This document shows, piece after piece, positions 59,284-64,000 of a DNA stretch of 64,000 bases. The position numbers were made by a program, and so were the translations under genes. Location of the stretch: contig CM022674.1 in assembly GCA_012295275.1 (NCBI GenBank), positions 8,060,001 to 8,124,000 on the forward strand, in the 5' to 3' direction. Origin of the DNA: Chrysomallon squamiferum. Taxonomy: Eukaryota > Animalia > Mollusca. Under the pieces are notes generated by a model. It was not told where the DNA came from. It made no database searches and worked only from the letters and a program-made list of their open reading frames with translations. The first letter of the stretch is position 1; every line of letters starts with the position of its first letter.

Positions 59284-59790
59284 TGTGCCATTGATACTGA
59301 CGTAAATTACGTTAGCGATTTATAGATCAGTGTGCCGTTGATACTGACGTAAATTACGTTAGCGATGTGTAGATCAGTGTGCCGTTGATACTGACGTAAA
59401 TTACGTTAGCGATTAATAGATCAGTGTACGGTTGATACTGACGTAAATTACGTTAGCGATGTGTAGACCAGTGTGCCGTTGATACTGACGTAAATTACGT
59501 TAGCGATGTGTAGATCAGTGTGCCGTTGATACTGACGTAAATTACGTTAGCGCTATATAGATCAGTGTGCGGTTGATACTGACGTAAATTACGTTAGCAA
59601 TGTGTAGATCAGTGTGCCGTTGATACTGACGTAAATTACGTTAGCGATGTGTAGATCAGTGTGCCGTTGATACTGACGTAAATTACGTTAGCGCTATATA
59701 GATCAGTGTGCGGTTGATACTGACGTAAATTACGTTAGCAATGTGTAGATCAATGTGTCACTGATACTGATGTAAATTGCATTAGTGAGC
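59284..59790. repeat. 47-bp CpG-rich minisatellite, about 10.5 copies, with internal palindrome
   Basis: Unit GTGCCGTTGATACTGACGTAAATTACGTTAGCGATGTGTAGATCAGT; TTGATACTGA at 59291, 59338, 59385 ... 59714. Degenerate related sequence at 59150-59280. Confidence 0.96.
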
Positions 59791-62700
59791 CCTTATGTAA
59801 AAGACATGAGGTGAACATGTCACAGATCAGCGTGTTCAATGGACACAAATAGGAGTATTTTTGATATTAACACCTACATTGCTTTTATCATCATCATCAT
59901 TATTTAAATTTGACTAAATTTTGGTCAACTATCCAGACTGATTTTAATAACATTTTATTTATAATGAAATTCAGTGCATACAATGGGTTTTGTAAAATGT
60001 GCATTATATTGCAACTTTCTGCTCAGTACTTTTCATGGTGGTCGACTGAGCTATTATTAATTTTGTCAAGCTATAGTTCATACTAAAATATTACAAAATC
60101 TTTTGACTAAATCTAACGTATTGTGTAGGCTCTAGGGCGGAGTAGCACTTGTGTTTACTTAAGTTAAGAGAGCTTAAAGTGAATATTTATCTTAGAGTTC
60201 AAATGTACATAGTGAGTGCATAATGCTGTTTTCAGAATGTGTCAGTCTAATACTGTTAGATATCCTATCTATGGGGTTATATATAATATATCATAAAAAT
60301 AATTTTACAGAATAAGCTATGTTATAGTGCAGTAGTGTATCTAGCTTATAATTCAAAATCAGATAATTCTTATGTAATTAGCAAGTTGTAATTGTAAAAA
60401 ATGGTTTTAATTTTCATAAAATGGTTCACAGACTGCAGGCCTGAGTGGATAATAATATACTATTTTAATATGAAACTGTAACATTCACTGAAAAATTAAA
60501 ATACAAAGTCAAACGAAAATAAAAATTAAAATGAAAAAATAAAATAAAACAAAATAAAATAAAATGCCTAAACAAATGATAAAATCTGCCACAGTTAAAA
60601 TTATTTCACTTCACTGAAAACAGATACAAAATGGAAGAAAAGAAGTAACTGGATGCAAACGCTAAAACAATCCAGTTATTTGCCAGTTTTAGTAATAAAT
60701 TTTATTATTTTATTGTATGGCAACTACAAAAATATAACAGAGTAATAACTGGATTTCATAAGAACATAATAAAATCCTAAATAACACGATTGGCCCACTT
60801 CAGTATTATTTATAACATGCAGCAGTTAGCACAGACAAGTGCAATTTAATAAACACAACACACATTTATCACGTAACAAAAAACTGCTGTCAGAAATAAT
60901 CAATTGTGCATTCGTTAACAAGCAACCTGTTCCAAAAAATTATTGAAAAGAAATCTTTATGCCTGAAAATGTGACGATTCTAATTTAAACTTGTATCATT
61001 TTCTCTTTAAAACTTCACGCAGTATATATATATATAATGCATAAGTATGTATGTATGTATGCATGTACATGTTTTAGAATAAGTAACCTCTACTCATCTT
61101 TCGACAGATAACCATTATCCACCTACTGGGATGGAAAACTAATATTTATCTGTTTGAATGAATCCATGTTTAAAGATTAGTCCATAATTCACTGACCTGT
61201 TTCAGTAGACAAGTCAATAAACAATGATGGTATAAGCTGTCTTTCTCTTCCTTACCAATGTGATTTCATCAGAGAAATAATGAGAAAAAAACATCATTAA
61301 GACAATATGCAGCAGATCACTTACAGCCATAGAGAAAGTCACTGCTGTTTAGTTGATGAAGATTAAGAAAAAGGTCACAGTATCTGTTGTTAATGATGAC
61401 AGCATTGTTCAAACTTTGATGGAATGTTATTCATCTCTGTGTCACACAAATTCAATTATACAACTCTGAAAACAATATCTTGCTGTGATGGCATTTATTC
61501 AGTTGGTTACATTTTTATACACTGCAGTAATTCCTGTAATTAACAGTTAATCAACAATAAAATACTTTCATTAGGTTGTTTTTATCATGAACCATGTCAA
61601 CAAGACACTAAAATGATCTTATGATAAGGATATGGTCCCAAAACAAAGAAATATCTGAACTGTAAACTGTGTCCATTATAAGCAATTTGTCCTCGTAACA
61701 ACAAAACTGGTGCTGGTTACATACAAGTGTATGAAACAGACTTATTTTGACAAACAAGTGAAAGCAATCAACAAAGTCAAGGTTTCACTTTTTCAGTTTT
61801 TTAACTATCATTTTTAAACTTGATTGAGGGTAAGAATTCTACACTATTATTATTATCATTAGTTTTTCAAAAACTTCTGAGATGTCCAATATGGAATGCT
61901 AATTAAAAAAATAATTAAAAAAATGAAAAAAAACTAAACTGATAAAATCTGAAAGTGATTGATTTTGTATGTGTTAGATAAAGCTTTATTAAGAAATATG
62001 TTTACTTTTTTTATGTATTTTAGATTTATCAAGTATAATTGCACACGATTTCAGGTGCATCAAAATTAACTTGACAGAAGACAAACATAAGGCTCCATTT
62101 AATAAAAATAACTTGCATTTGAGTGCATATTTTAAAAAAGCAGAAATACAAATAACAATACTGAAAATGATTTCAAAAAGGAACATTTATATATTCATTT
62201 TTTATAATAGTAATCCAGTTTTGCTTTTACCCAGACAGTATAATTCAGTATAATATAAAAGCTATTCTAATTTGATGTTTTTCACTTTCAGATTATTGGA
62301 AGCATTAAAAAACTATTCATAAGATAATTATTAATTTCTTCATTAAAAAAAAAAAAGAGTAATAAAAAATAAATATTAAAAAAAAAAGGTAACTTTCTCA
62401 GTTCTTATAAATAACCCAATTATGAGGTCCAACATATGATAATTTCTTTATAGAAAAATTGACAATAACATCATGAAAACTGTATTTAGCAGTTCTCTAG
62501 TTTATAATTAAACCATAAATATTAAACAAGAGTTGCTTCCCTTTGATCACTACACTTCATCAGTAAATGTACACTACAAAACAATAAACTAAGTAAGACA
62601 AGTAGTTGCACTGAAATGTAATATTCACACAAACTGTGAATATCTTCTCTAATTAAAGTTTGTTCACTGACCAGAACCATTAATAATTTCTACAAATTCC

Positions 62701-63048
62701 TCACCAAACCAAAACCAAGCAGAGGTCCATTTAAAAAATAACATTTTAATTCTCACACATTGTGTTTCTAGCACCTGTTAAATAAAATTAATAATATTGC
62801 CATGTTTTACTGGTTTATTTTAGACTTGTCTATACATATATTAATAAAGAAAGTAAAATATTTGTCATTTATACATCATACACAACAGGTTCAGTACCAC
62901 ACTGTGTTTTTGTTTCTCTGTAAAAAACTGTGACACAAAGCTTCAAGCAGGTTAATATTTACTTCCAATACAAAAATAACTGTTCTTTCTGAAACATGGC
63001 AAGTTGTCACTGGTTCCTATCACAATGTGTCAACATGACAATGCTGGA

Positions 63049-63885
63049 TCATTCCTTTGTGCCGCGGCTTTTCATCAAATTCTTCAGTTCGTTAGCAAGT
63101 GCAGCCTGGTTGGTTTTGTCAGCGAGTGGAGTAACTGAACGCAAACCATTAACAATGTCTTTTGTTTTCCCAAAATACACAATGTTCATTGTGCTTCTAA
63201 TTTTATTCTCCATTTCCTGAAACAACACATGACAAAGGGAAAATTCAAATAATTTAACATGCTCTTACACAGTCAAAATAACACCCTCCCTCCCACAACA
63301 AGCAGAATTTATGCTAATTTATGAACATAATATTTAATTTTGTTTTATAATAACTGTTGCATCAAGTATCTCAAAAACATGTTCTGTAGATTAGACAATT
63401 CTGTTTCAAAACCCTTCAAAGATAATAAAATGTCACACCTGAGATAAACAAATAAAAACTCACCTCTACTAGTTTGCCGATGTTGACAATGTGAGGTGAA
63501 GAATCAGATACAGCACAATCTTGTTCAATCTGATAAAATAAATAAATATCTCAGCCAAGTCAACATTTCAAATTTAAAAAAAAAATGTATTATTCTTTTT
63601 TGTGATTTCCTTTGCTCTCTAATGAAATTTTAGAATTAACAATGTACTTGAGTTACAACAGAATCTCTGGTAAATTATTTTTATCACATTTGTATCTGTC
63701 CAGTGCCTGGTTTTTTTTTCTTCTAATTCTACCACACTTCAAGTTAGTGGCACACCTACACTGGTAGTGAGTAAGTTAATTACTTATTAAATATGTCTAA
63801 AACAAATCTTAAAAATCAAAATCAAATGCTTGTAATTCATAAAATGTATCCACTTCTTATTCCTATATTACTCTTTGGAAAGTAA

Positions 63886-63920
<35 letters not shown>

Positions 63921-64000
63921 AAGAAAAACACAAAATAAAAATAAACAAACACTTTTCACACCTGTCTGGTTAAACTTCCTCCAAGATTCATTGTTCCTGA
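63049..64000 (-). CDS. CAPZB: F-actin capping protein subunit beta, last three exons (gene continues beyond window)
   Basis: Exons 64000-63962 ([13 protein letters not shown]), 63529-63464 ([22 protein letters not shown]), 63216-63049 ([27 protein letters not shown]...KSRGTKE*). These are hallmark CAPZB C-terminal motifs. Confidence 0.96.

Noticed and set aside
59284-59790. Palindromic 47-bp repeats as CRISPR direct repeats
   Set aside because: Sequence between palindromes is also repeated, so this is a minisatellite.

Overview
Eukaryotic, very AT-rich, microsatellite-rich genomic DNA with GT-AG introns; probably an invertebrate, plausibly a mollusc (inference only). Left to right: the last five exons of ZMYND12 (+); a five-exon atypical ARF/ARL GTPase (-) whose G3 motif reads WDIGSR instead of WDVGGQ; a tandem array of four CARD-caspase paralogs (-); a CARD gene with a probable TRADD-N-like C-terminal domain (-), whose start codon lies at the end of a 29-bp minisatellite; a gene-poor stretch with several minisatellites; and the last three exons of CAPZB (-). 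In the caspase array only copy D (31.3-35.6 kb) is intact. Copy B carries two frameshifts and copy C is truncated to a CARD-only form by a ~2.2 kb deletion. Copy A has lost the catalytic large-subunit exons through frame-preserving deletions. It has also lost a splice donor, so it reads into the former intron and gains a hydrophobic C-terminal tail and a new AATAAA. The predicted copy A product (CARD - PVQES TRAF-type motifs - tail anchor) has a MAVS-like layout built from a caspase gene, and this is the main candidate for an undescribed system. All gene models were spliced by hand from the sequence; no database search was run.
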